Source: Lingula anatina
Lineage: Eukaryota; Animalia; Brachiopoda
DNA length: 64,000 nt
Reading direction: 5' to 3'
Assembly (NCBI GenBank): GCA_051362555.1
Contig: CM120641.1
Span: forward strand, 48,862,401-48,926,400
Both the position numbers and the translations under genes were made by a program. The first letter of the stretch is position 1; each line of letters begins with the position of its first letter. This document shows, one piece after another, positions 1-12,526 of the stretch. Under the pieces are notes generated by a model. That model was not told where the DNA came from. It worked only from the letters and a program-made list of their open reading frames with translations, and did no database searches.

Positions 1-1868
1 TATTTTGTTAAGCCAAAGGTGAACAGCGATACTTCTCTGCCAGGGAAATATGATTCACAAAGAAGTGGTGAAAGGGGTACAACAGGCGACGTCAACATAT
101 ATATATTCTTCAGTTCTAATTACTGCTAACAGGTGGTTGAACAATGCTTCATATAGAGTTATGTAGTCGTAGGCTCCATTCACAATGAGAAGATCCGAGT
201 GCTAACTGGTCCACGGCTTAAATATGGCGGACCTACATGAAAGGAAAACCGCTTAATCCTGTAATGGTCTCTCCGCCTCTCGCACACCTCCCCACGTATT
301 GCCCCTGCAGGGGGCAGAAATTAAATCTCGACTCTGACGCGGACTTGAGCCTTGGATCAGTTGATACTCTGATCTTCTATTCTGAATGGTTTCATAGGAC
401 CCAAGACACGGCCATTGACTCCCAGCCTCATGGTAATGCATAAAAAACACACTGCAATGCTACATAACAGTATAACCATTTTATTTTGAAGTCCATTATC
501 TAAACATGTGATGATGAATCATGCTATGTATCAGTACACCTGGGTCAAAACAAATCTTTAATGTAATGCAAAGCTAGAGGTACATTTTCAAATACCAATC
601 TGGCTGGGAGGGGGTGGGGGGTGGGGGGGAGGGAGTGCCTACTGACACAGCATTAGATATAGTATTGGTTTACTGTAAAAGCATAAAATGTATTGCCTGG
701 TAAGTTAACTACTTAGCAGATGTCAAGATTTAAGAGCAATTAACCACAGTACATAACCTCTGGTATGGCAGCCTCTATAAACACTGAGTCTCAACCACAA
801 AAGAAAACATTCTTCATGGCTTTATGAAGTTGAAATGGTCTATTTATGTCTTGTGTGTATATATTCATGTATGTCACTATAGATAAATGGAAAAACAACA
901 GTCAACCTCCTCATCACACAGGTGCTGGTTCACTTGTCTTGTTCTGAAAGTTTTCTGTTTATTGTGGAGACTCTCACCTCCTTAGACCGCAGATGTGCCT
1001 TGGTTAGCCAGCGCTATGGAGGCAGGAAGTCAGCACTGGTCGTTTTAATTGTTTCCTCAATGTCACTGGCATGTTGCATAATATCCCGTATTGCTTTACG
1101 ATTTCACCACCACCCCTTCAAGCAACAGAGCTGCCCCCTTGTCCTTGCCAAAGCTTTATCGTCCTTCCATCTTAACAACATATTCATATCATTCTCTCTT
1201 TCTTTAAGACTTTTAAATGCTAGCCCTGTTTCTCTGCAACTCTTTTGAACAATATAATGAGTATTTCACAGTTACTGTGCAGAGACAATGACCAAAATAG
1301 TTGAAGCCTGTGCACTCCTAGTGCCCCCCTGCATTGCCTGCTGTGCCCTAGGGTGGGGCACCTGACCTCCAGGGTGGTGGTGGATATCAAATTAACTGTC
1401 TGGTAATATGGGAGCCACTAACTAAATGCTATAATTCAAACTTGTCACACAGACAAATTGAAACAAAATGCCAATGAAAATCAAATTTGTAAGTCCATCT
1501 AAATTAATTATTTTGGAGTTCAAGATAATTCAAACTTTCCTAGTTTCTTAGATGCCTTCTTAAGGAAACTGGGTTCTTAGTTAACTGTGTTATCACCTAT
1601 CTTAAAGTGATAGATTAAAACCGAAAATAGGACATATCCTGACTTCATCACAAGATCTTGGGAATTTTAATCAAGCTGATACTGACAGTCAATGCAAGCT
1701 TGCCCTTGAGCTGGTGATGACCAATTTCTTAATTGGAGCAGCTCAACTAGATTCAAATAGTACTTCAGGGAAGCAAAACAATGCTTGGTAAAAAGAGGGA
1801 GGAAATGAATATTTACATGTACATAGCAAAATGTAGAGAGGAGAATGTACTTGACTAATAATTAAATG

Positions 1869-4800
1869 CTATGAATATCTCTTTAATAATCTGTTTATTT
1901 GAAAAGGGCTTGGTTTCCTTCCTTCGGGAACAAAACTGGCTTTGGCAGCTTTTTCTTCTTCTTTCAATCTTGCCTGAAATTAAGAAGAAGCCATCAATAT
2001 AAATATGGAAACCACACCAATGTGATTTTTTCCAAAAGAAGAAATAAAAGCCCAGTGGACAGTGAATGGTCAAGGGTCAGGCTAAATACACACTTGTTAC
2101 ACTGTTCCTGATAGGGTAAGATGTGTCCATGTGTCCATGAGAGTATTGTAACATTGTTCCTGATAGGGTAAGATGTCAGCTAAGTGACATTTCACCAAAG
2201 TGAACATGTTCATAATACGACACATGGCCATGTGATGTGGACAGCAACTAAAATAGAGTCTTTTCCACGGTCACGTGACTTCCGCTAAATTATCTGTGGG
2301 AACGCAAGATTTTGCGGGATTTGAAGTTTCAGGGGGAAAGTGTGGAGTGTACACGACGGACGCCATATCGAGGAGTGCTCATTTCAATCTGAATTTTCAA
2401 AGTTTCGTAACATGTTAACAAATGATTTTTTTCGAAAACACATTCATGGGAGCAGTTGGAATAAAAATTTAGCAGAAGTGCCTGATGACTTTTCAATGAA
2501 AGAACTAAAAACGTACCTCATCGACAGCAAAGATAGGACATTCGGTACTTTTGTAGTATACCCCCCACCCTGTAACTTCCTGAAACTTTCATTTTTCAAA
2601 CATTTTTTTTACAGTGTCTTTTGCACCTATGTCAAAGCTGTTGAAATAAAATGTTTTTGTAATTACCTGTGGTCTTTTTATTAGTTTTAATCACGTTTAA
2701 TCCACCCCATCGAAATACAATGTGAAAATTTACAATGTAACCGCAGCTTGCTGCGTTTTCGTTGGCTAACTCTACCTTATTTTATGTGAACATAGGATTG
2801 ATACATTGTATACTTGGATTTCCTCTGTGAAATTATTATGAGCTACTTGTTCACATAAAATAACCTTAGGGTTAGCCAACGAAAATGCGGCAAGTTATTG
2901 ACTGCGGGTGTAAATTGAAGATTCTAACTTTGTATTTCAATGGGCTGGATTAAACGTGATTTACACTAATAAAAAATCCACAGGTAATTACAAAAGCATT
3001 TTATTTCAACAGCTTTGACATGGATAAACAATAAAAAGTAAAAAACTGTTTGAAAAGTGAAAGTTACAGAAAGTTACAGGGTGAGGGGGGGGGTATACTA
3101 CAAAAGTACCGAAGGCCCCTTCTACTCTTTCCCCCTGAGAAACAGTCCCGCACAAAATGGCGCGAACTGCGCATGCTCACGATTTCGTGGAAAAGACTCT
3201 ATTCAATATCAATGTCACAATTTGATTCAGGAGTTTTGTAAATGGGCCAAAAAGAAAGGTAAGAAGACTAAAAGACCCATCTTACTCAGCAAAAAATCTA
3301 CCAAGTGTTGGCTTCGATTTTGACACAGAACATTTTGTGAAACAGACTCTAGAAAAAAATTACTGAAGCCAATGTTGCAACACATTTAGAGCAATTTTTT
3401 TCTTTTCACAAATTCAAGTTATTTGGTGCTTTTCTGGACTTCTTAGATGTATTGTGTGTGCAGTTTCCATATTCAGTTTCTTGTATTTATATCATCAATA
3501 AACATCACTGCATTGATCTGCATCTCTTGTATACTCAAATATGTTTATCAACAAGGGTCAGATATCCCACACATAACCCAGTCCATTTTGTTAGTGACAC
3601 TGGCCCTAATAGTATCAATATTGGATTGTGTTAGAGAAGACACTGGATGAGATACTGTCACATCAGGATTGAGACAGGGGTGGAGAAATTGTAGGTATAT
3701 ATTTGAACTTGGCCTTCACTTTACACCATAAAACCTCCAACCAAATCAGTGTTTCTTAATGAATTTTAAATAAAAATGAGCACAGGAACAATGGAAGAAA
3801 TAAAATATCTAAAAACATGTAAAAAAAAAGTCCAATAACTTCTGTTAAAATGGTACAATAGTGCTGATTTTTCAATCATGACAGGGTTCAAATCCTCAAA
3901 GTATTTTAAAAGAGGTACAAACTATCAGGCAAAGGTTTAAAACATACCTGGTGCTAATATGAACTCACCCCAGTCTGGGGTAGTGCTGACTTGTTTAAGC
4001 CAAATTGTAACCATTTTGATAACAAATTGACAAAAATGTGGTGATTTGGCTAAGCAAAAAAAATTGCTAGCGTTACCCCAGCCAGTTATTAGAATATACA
4101 CAAGCACTTTGTCTCTATACACACACACACACACAAACACACACACAGTGACACATACATACACACCGAGACGCACATGCACACACACATACACAGTGAC
4201 ACACACATACCTACAGTACAGACATGCACAAACACACTGTAACACACTTATCGAGATGCATGCGCGCACACACACACACCGAGATGCACGTGCACACACA
4301 CATACACACACAGTGACACACACTGTACATAACACACACCCACATACACACTGTAACACACATACACTGTAACACCCACCCACCCACTGTAACACACATA
4401 CACTGTAACACACACCCACCCACTGTAACACACACACACATACTGTAACACACACACAGACACACCCACCCACTGTAACACACCCACCCACTGTAACACA
4501 CACACACACATACTGTAACACACACACAGACACACCCACCCACTGTAACACACCCACCCACTGTAACACACACACACACACACACTGTAACACACACACA
4601 CCCACACAGACACACACACCCACTGTAACACACCCACCCACTGTAACACACACACACACACTGTAACACACACACGCCCACACAGACACACACACCCACT
4701 GTAACACACCCACCCACTGTAACACCCACCCACCCACTGTAACACACACACACACACACACAGACACACCCACCCACTGTAACACACACACACACCCACT

Positions 4801-6303
4801 GTAACACACACACTGTAATACACACACTGTAACACACACCCACCCACTGTAACACACCCACCCACATACACACACCCAGTGTAACACCCACCCACCCACC
4901 CACCCAGTGTAACACACACACACCCACATACACACCCACTGTAACACCCACCCACCCACCCACCGTAACACACTGTAATACACACACACACACACTGTAA
5001 CACACACACACATACACACACTGTAACACACACACACTGTAACACACACACTGTAATACACACACACTGTAACACACACACATACACACACTGTAACACA
5101 CACACACACACACACACTCAAACTGACCACTCTTCATTTTTATGTAAGGTTGTTCAACTTACCTTTTCTACTTTGATACAATCACTGTATGCAAAGATGA
5201 CTTTCTGACAGGGACTATCAGAAAAGTCGTGCAGTTTCCAGCAATCTAGCATGTCCGTCAGCTCCCTTAGGCAAGGCCTCCCTGGAGAATTTTAAAATGT
5301 AATGGAGACTACATAAAAAAACTCCAATCAGGCAAAAAAGACAGAAAACAACACCAATCAGATTTTGTCTTTAAAATGTAATAAAAAATACAGGAAAAAT
5401 CACCAATCAGATGAAGTCTTTCAACTGTGATTAAGACAGAAAACATCAACAGTCAGATTGATTTAGTCTTTAAATTGTGATGAATAAGACATGAAATTAT
5501 TCTTTCAAATGTGATGTAGAAGACCCAAAGCATAAACAGATTCTATTGTAGCAGCTTCAAACCATTATTCTGTGGGTAAAATAATGATTTCTAATCTTTA
5601 GATACTATTTTTGGCTCTGATATTGCTACTGAATGATTTTAAATGGCCGATATCAGCAGGATAACTGTCCAGAGGATAACAATTTCATGCAGTGAAGTAT
5701 TAGCCAAAGGATAGCGCTATCCAGTGTAGATGAAACTGGGCCCAGCAAATCCATTACACAAAGACATAGCTGTATTTTTTTTTTTTTTTTTTGCTGGCTA
5801 TGGGCCTGCATGCTAATAATGATAAGAATGTTATCATTAAAGTGGGTTCCAGGGATTGACAGTAACTTTTTTCACTTGGTTGCTACTGAATGTAACCAGG
5901 TCCAGTGGTTTGGTTGCTGTTCCAGATTTAAAAGAAAAAAATGAAGAGGAGTCTTAGGCTTCATTCACATGCAATGTCTATTTTCTAAATTCTATTTTCT
6001 ATTTGCGGTATGTCTTATGATCACGGTCTGTGGCCTGAATATCCCGCGGCGTAATTACTGGCAGCGCGAGCCAGTTACTATAAGTTACTATAAGTAACTG
6101 GCTCGCGCTGCCAGTAATTACGCGGTGGGATATTCAGGGCACAGACCGTGATCATAAGATAGCGCGAATAGAAAATAGAATTTAGAAAATAGACATTGCA
6201 TGTGAATGAAGCCTTAGCAAGCATACAATGAAATACTTTGTACCTTTTAACTGAAACTCCAGGTTCAAAAAGAATTTCAAATAGGAGGTTATGCCAGCTT
6301 CAC

Positions 6304-6335
<32 letters not shown>

Positions 6336-6822
6336 AAGAGACTACAGAAAACTTGAACATTATCACAACTAGTCAGCAGAGACAGGGTATGTAGATCAAG
6401 CCTGGTTAATTGATTATGAAAGGCGTCACACGCATCCATTTGCATAGCCATTTATATAAACATTATAATCACTAATATAGTTACTTATTTGTTTGTGCTA
6501 TGTTATAGTTAACAGTGCCGTCATGAATTGTACCTTGCATCATTGCATGTGAAGGTGTTTATCAATAAAGTATCTGAATCTGAATCACTACACGGCGAAA
6601 CTGCTGCTACCCAACTTCCAAGTTGGAGAATGTATTTAGTATTCTTATCAAACTGCACATTTCTTTTGTATACTTACCTTTTTTAATCTGTTTTTCTGAT
6701 ATTTCATTAACTTGTTTTACATCATCACCGGTCGCTAATATCTTTTGGCGTTTATGTTGATAAGGATGTTTGATATGTCTACGGACTCTGCTGACAAAAT
6801 TAAGCTCCGTTAACCTCGGCAT
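1869..6822 (-). CDS. CHCHD1: CHCHD1 / mitoribosomal protein mS37 (twin Cx9C), 3 exons: 6822-6678, 5281-5163, 1973-1869; 122 aa
   Basis: GT-AG introns with compatible phases (1, 0). Exon 2 reads PCLRELTDMLDCWKLHDFSDSPCQKVIFAYSDCI (Cx9C-x10-Cx9C with the CWK motif). The last exon ARLKEEEKAAKASFVPEGRKPSPFQINRLLKRYS* resembles the CHCHD1 C-terminus. Confidence 0.85.
2541..3113. mobile_element. Foldback/MITE-like element with long imperfect inverted arms (about 2541-2792 and 2848-3113)
   Basis: ttcggtacttttgtagtatacccc...gtcaaagctgttgaaataaaatg...ttatgtgaaca is mirrored by tgttcacataa...cattttatttcaacagctttgac...gtatactacaaaagtaccgaa. No TSD resolved. Confidence 0.7.
4117..5118. repeat. About 1 kb compound (CA)n / CACTGTAA(CA)n(CCCA)n satellite in CHCHD1 intron 2
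   Basis: Dozens of cactgtaacacac units with variable CA/CCCA tails are directly visible. Confidence 0.95.
5957..6213. mobile_element. 257-bp near-perfect palindromic MITE, PIF/Harbinger (Tourist)-like, TTA target duplication
   Basis: tta|ggcttcattcacatgcaatg...cattgcatgtgaatgaagcc|tta, with arms of about 120 bp. A 3-bp TWA TSD and GGC termini are typical of PIF/Harbinger. Confidence 0.8.
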
Positions 6823-7037
6823 TGTGAATTAGGTACCCACAGCTGTTTGTCGTAAAATGCGATAAAGTGTACCGTGTATCTTGTATGGCATCGACCAAGA
6901 TATCAAAAATGCAAGAAAATGTTTGTTCGTTTGATTTTAAATTTGAAATGTATCAAACATACAATCTCTTATTAATATGTATATATATGAGCCAGGATGC
7001 TGGGTGCGACAGCTACAAGTGGGTACGTCGACCAAGG
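6823..7037. promoter_or_regulatory. Putative bidirectional promoter between CHCHD1 and METTL14
   Basis: Divergent start codons only 215 bp apart; locally CpG-containing. Confidence 0.6.
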
Positions 7038-10000
7038 ATGGAGAGCTCCTTGAAACACCGGCGCGAACGTTCACAGAAAAGGCGACAGCTTCTCGCGCAA
7101 CAGGTAGGTTTTAATGCTCTGAACAGTAAAGTGTTTGTATCTTGACAGTCCCAGTAGTTCTGTTCGTGAAATATAGTTTATTTGTGGTAGAAGTTTTTTT
7201 GTCAACCGCCTTTACAAATCGCATTCACTGCACGGGCACGATGAATTTACTTGGCAATTAACACAGAAATTTATCTGTTCATGTGCACAGTGGTTCTGAC
7301 TTAGAAATGGACTGGGTGATTTATTTAAACTAATCAAAATTCTGGTTTGGCTAAAGTTGGACACTTAAATGCCACTGAAATCTGTTCAGATCCACACGCC
7401 ATTTATTGTTGTATTTCAGCTGGGAGTTACAAGCACCAAACAGCTAAGCACAGTTCTAGGCAGCAAGGAAGAGTACAAAGAAGAAAGTAGAATAGAAAGG
7501 TATTATAATGGTTACCAACCTATTTGACAATATATGGATCTATTGCATATTTTTTTATTGAGTAGAGAAAAGGGTCAGTAAAGAGATGGATTCCACGATA
7601 GGATGCTCATATTTTTCTTATAATAATATTGAAATATATGTGATAAGTGCCCTTATAAACGCTATGAAACAAAATGTGCACATTTTGTAAGAAGTAATTG
7701 TATGAAAGAATTTGAATAATGAACATTGTAATGAAATACCCAGTATATTCCCATATTATTTAAAGAAATCTGCAAAAGAATGTGTCTGTCATTTGTCTCT
7801 GTATATAGATGGGATTTAAGAATATCATCAAATTGCCAAATAGTTTCTGCATCACTGCAGAACAGTACGTGAGAGAGTTGTCTGTATTACCCCTGAAAAT
7901 AGTGGAATCTGAAGCTTGCAATCTTCCTGTTTCAGTCCTGCACTCCCAGATGGCAATGCAGCAGGGAAATCCAACTTTCCTTTAGGAAAAGAACCAGAGA
8001 GTTTGCCAGTTCAAGAACAGGAGAAAGAGGTAACTATGGCTGGAGATATATATTTATTTTCTGAGTTTGTAGAAGTATAGCCCCTGCGACACTATTCAGT
8101 ATGCCAGTTATGTACCAGACTCAAACTTACAGGACCACTAATCCTCAACAAGTCGTAAGTGAAGATATCTAAACAAATGTTCATCTTTTAATGAGTAGAT
8201 CAAGTTGGTAAAAAAAATTTCTTTTTGATAAATAATATTTTTAAAAACATTGTTTGCAGACAAAAATGGTTCGATCATGATATTCATTTTATTGATAAGA
8301 TTTTCACAGTTTGAATGGGATTTTTTAAACAGGGAGAAGAAGAATATGAAGAAATTTATACAGGTTCCAGCACTTTTCTGAAGGTATGTTCTGGTTTTCA
8401 CCAGTTGTTTTCTAGTAGATGTCTTAATTTGTTGTGGAGGCAGGAAAATCAGCATTACAGAAACTACTTTTAGCATGAATTTTAAAAAGTAAAGACAGGA
8501 AAACAAGTGGTATTGGTTTACCATTCTCTGTGTTCTACGCAATGTTTGGTTATACCTTCACTCTGCCTCCTCCTGAGAAATATAGTTGTCTGTATGGTGA
8601 TAATTTCCCACCAACCAGTTGTAATTTATTGTTGTTATTATTTGTTTATTTTTTTTTATCTAGAATTGATTGTTTTTTCTTAACAAACGTTTTAGGTATT
8701 TACTGTAAGAGCTTTTATATGAGAATCCATATGTTTTATCTAGAATACTCATAAATTTTTTGCCGTAAAGCTCTAATTTTTCATTTATCTGTTCCTAATA
8801 ATTGATTTCTTAGGCAATTGTTTTATGTATATGTATATGTAAAATCTTCTGAACATGTTACAGTGGATTTTAGACTCAAAATAAATTTATTATTATTATT
8901 ATAAGGGAAAACAGATTAATATCACAATCATCCATTGTTTTTTAGGGGACTCAGAGTGCTAACCCTCACAATGATTACTGTCAGCATCATGTGGACACAG
9001 GGGAGAGACCACAAAACTTCATCAGAGATGTGGGTAAGATGCAATTTGTTTTCTATTAGTGTGAATCCTAATTGTTTGGTTCCCACATTTTAGCAGTATT
9101 TGGGCATTCATTTTTTTAAAGTTGAAATTGAATCTCATTAGGAAATTTGCTTCTTTCAAAGAAAGAGGATGGAATAAAAAGCTTCTGTCAGATAATCATT
9201 TTATGTTTTGTTATTGTGTGATAATTTTAGTTAAATATGATATTGTAAAATTTTCAATTTTGCAAATGTAAGCCGTAAAAGAAACTTAAAAAAATTCAGG
9301 TCTAGCAAATCGGTTTGAAGAGTACCCAAAGCTGAGGGAGCTGATACGACTGAAGGATGAGCTCATTGCGTCCACTGCCACACCTCCTATGTAGGTTTGA
9401 GGAAACTGAAATTACCGAAGTTCAGATAAACTTGGCAATTTCATAATTATGCAGTAAAAGTGTGTGATATAAACGTATGTGACTGGAAAAACATCATATA
9501 ATCAGATTATTATTATTTTTCATTTCCAATGAACATTTCATGTGTTTGTAAATGCCTGTGCTGTGCAATGACACTTACGTAATATGCCCTTTGCTCCTGA
9601 CTATAACTATATTAATATAATAGACATTCCTGTATGTTAAGGTATATGAACACAGACCTGGAGTCACTCTACCTTGGTGACTTAGACTGTAAGTTTGATG
9701 TGATCTACGTGGAACCCCCACTGGAGGAGTACCAGAGAACACACGGCGTAGTCTTTGACAAGTACTGGACGTGGCAGGAGGTGGAGCATTTAACGCCTTT
9801 CACACGGCGCAGTACAGTTTTCTGGAACACACCATTCATAAGTCTCAGTGTACCAAACATAATTAGCCTGGTTAACTGGCCATGTTGACATATGAAGATT
9901 CTTTTAGGTGGCTTTATCATGTAAAAACCAGGCCACTAAGTTGTCAGTCTATCACATTGGTGGCATACATAAGACTGTACTGCTCAGTGTACAAAAGGCA

Positions 10001-11717
10001 CTTGATACATTCCCAGAAAAAAAAAATCACTTTTTGTGAAACCCAAGTGAAAGTAATAATTTGAAAAATGTCATTTTTCTGTGAAATAGTGAAGGCCATC
10101 AAGGATACATTGTCAGATGAAATCCCTACTGTTGAACAAGTGGTATCAAGATGGCAGTACAGTGTAGTTTTTTATTGTTATTTCAGATAGAGAGTCTAGA
10201 GATAGAAAAGATATCAGCACAGAGGTCGTTCATCTGGATGTGGGTGGGATCCAGTGAAGGATTAGATGCAGGAAGACGGGTAAGATAGGTCACTAGGACT
10301 GGGTTCCCATGCTTAGATTGATCTAACAGGATTGATCCATCTCCAAGACTTTCTCCTTAAATTGCTTTCAGCTTATTCGGTTAAGATGTCTGGCAAGCCT
10401 ACTGAAGCTGCTAAATGATAGTTAATTACCCCCTAGCGGCTTCAGTAAGCATGACAGACATTTAAGCTGCTTAAGTTAATAGCAATTTTGCGAGAATCCC
10501 CTCAGAGATAGATTGATCCACAGTCAGTATGATAGGTCTGGGTATGTTCCCTAGAGCTCCACATTTCAGTGGTAGTGAACAGTTATGTTCATAAAAATGA
10601 TTCAAGTTCTGTGTGATCTTAGTTAATGTTTTTCAGTATGAAACAAGATCAGTTATATTGACATTTATTCAGGTGACATACTTTCCATTGTACTTGTCAG
10701 TGTCTCAGAAAGTGGGGTTTCCGCCGTTGCGAGGACATCTGCTGGATTAAGACCAACATTAAAAATCCTGGACACAACAAGAATTTGGAACCAAAAGCAA
10801 TATTTCAACGAACAAAGGTACATGATGCATTCATCAGAATCGGGCTGTTTTAACAAGAAATTACAAAGTTTTTATAACTTGAATTAAATTTGTTATATAA
10901 AACTTTGTAGCTTCTAGTTTTATAAAACTTTGGTATATTTTCACAAGTTACTTTCAATATGGAAGTTGTTTTTAAAAAACATCATCTGGTCCTATAGTAA
11001 AGATGGTTAATATTAATTAGTTGTGTCCAGTATATGTCTGGCCTGTTTCACTGTATATAGGAGATACACCACATGTGGGTCTGTTTTTCTTGACATCTAC
11101 TGTGGTACTTCAAGTCTCCATAAAGTACTTAATGTCTACAAAGTACTTAAAGCCTCCATATTGTTTGTCATTCTCAGGAGCACTGCCTGATGGGAATCAA
11201 AGGTACAGTTCGCCGCAGCACTGATGGAGACTTCATCCACGCCAATGTGGACATTGACCTAATCATTGATGAGGAACCCGAGTATGGCAGCAAGGAGAAA
11301 CCTGTGGAGATCTTCCACATGATGGAACACTTCTGTATGGGGAGACGGCGTATCCATGTCTTTGGCAGAGACAGCACTATACGTCCAGGCTGGCTTACCA
11401 TAGGCCCAGATGTCTCCAGCAGTAACTTTGATGCAGAACTTTACAACAGTTATTTCAACAAAGAGCCCAATGGCCACTTGACTGGGTGTTCAGAGGAGAT
11501 AGACAGACTGAGACCAAAGTCTCCCACACCTAAAGCAAAGGCTGGGGGTGGTCAGGCCCCACCCAGGGGTGGCATGGTGAGAGGGGGAATGTCCAGGGGT
11601 GGGGGGCCTTCAAGGGGTAGAGGTGAGCCTGGCTGGAGGGGGAGAGGGGGGACCACCAGGGGAGGGTTTGTCCCCAGGGGGCGTGGAGGTCCCAGACCAG
11701 GACCTCCACCAAGATGA
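7038..11717 (+). CDS. METTL14: m6A methyltransferase non-catalytic subunit METTL14; 10 exons: 7038-7103, 7420-7499, 7936-8029, 8333-8383, 8946-9033, 9300-9390, 9642-9780, 10187-10279, 10701-10817, 11178-11717
   Basis: Peptides [101 protein letters not shown] and an RGG-rich tail; all introns GT-AG and phase-consistent. Confidence 0.97.
10298..10550. mobile_element. Short palindromic dispersed repeat (MITE-like); relatives at about 28532-28745, 28872-29085, 38810-39035, 39160-39375, 46572-46785
   Basis: Shared blocks (gatcgatc/gattgatc, ctgaagctgct, ttaattaccccct, gacatttaag) and internal inverted symmetry; boundaries approximate. Confidence 0.55.
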
Positions 11718-12526
11718 TACCTGTCCTAAGTTTATGATATTCCTGTCATTCTTAATGCTGTGGTTTTTATCATAACATTATAATGCTGTACTGTTTTTTT
11801 TTTTTTTTTTAGATAAACTTTTATATTAGCTGCAAGGTTAAGCTTCCTCAATATTTTTTCAACCTTCAGTTCAAAGATGTAAGTCAAGAATTTCATGAAA
11901 TTAGGATAGAAATGTCATTATGTGAAAATATTAACACAGCATTTCATAACTATAACATTGTGATAGCTTATTAATTTGTGTCAGCAGCCATGCACATAAT
12001 GAATCAGTTTCATTGAAATGAATTTAAAAAATTTTGCATATAAACTGCAAATGTGCAGAGGTGTTAAGTTTTTTTAATAAGTGAATAATTGTCAATGTAC
12101 AGTGTAGAACATTTTCAAGTCAAGTGATCATATCAATACCCAGATCTAAAATTATCATTAAAACTGTAAAACCCTAGTGTTCTCTCTAAACAAATTTCGC
12201 CTTGTATTAGCCATTCTGACTGGAGCATGTAATATCAGGTTAATACATTTTAATGAGTACCTATGTTTATAGGGTACATTGAAAATATGCATATTGTACA
12301 GTAGCAACAGATCCACTGATAATTAAAACAAACATTTTTATCACTTAAGTTTTATTTTGTATAATATCAACCCTACTGCTCTAAGAACCAGTCCAATGGA
12401 CTCTTGTCAAACCAAACAAAATGTAACTTTGAGGCATCCTGGTCTTCCAAACAAATAGTACAATGTCTTGTGTGGTTTAAAAAGCCAGATTTTATAATTG
12501 GTCCAATTTGTTACAAGATAAATACA

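Noticed and set aside
900-1400. Minus-strand frame with vague protein-like character (ASTILVIVSAQ...CRETGLAF)
   Set aside because: Multiple stops and no recognisable motif; it cannot be distinguished from chance without a search.
3937-5137. Long Val/Cys-rich and Thr/His-rich ORFs (289-397 aa)
   Set aside because: Artefacts of the (CA)n/CACTGTAA satellite inside a CHCHD1 intron; open in several frames.
11530-11717. G-rich RGG-coding stretch as a novel element
   Set aside because: It is the ordinary RGG tail of METTL14.
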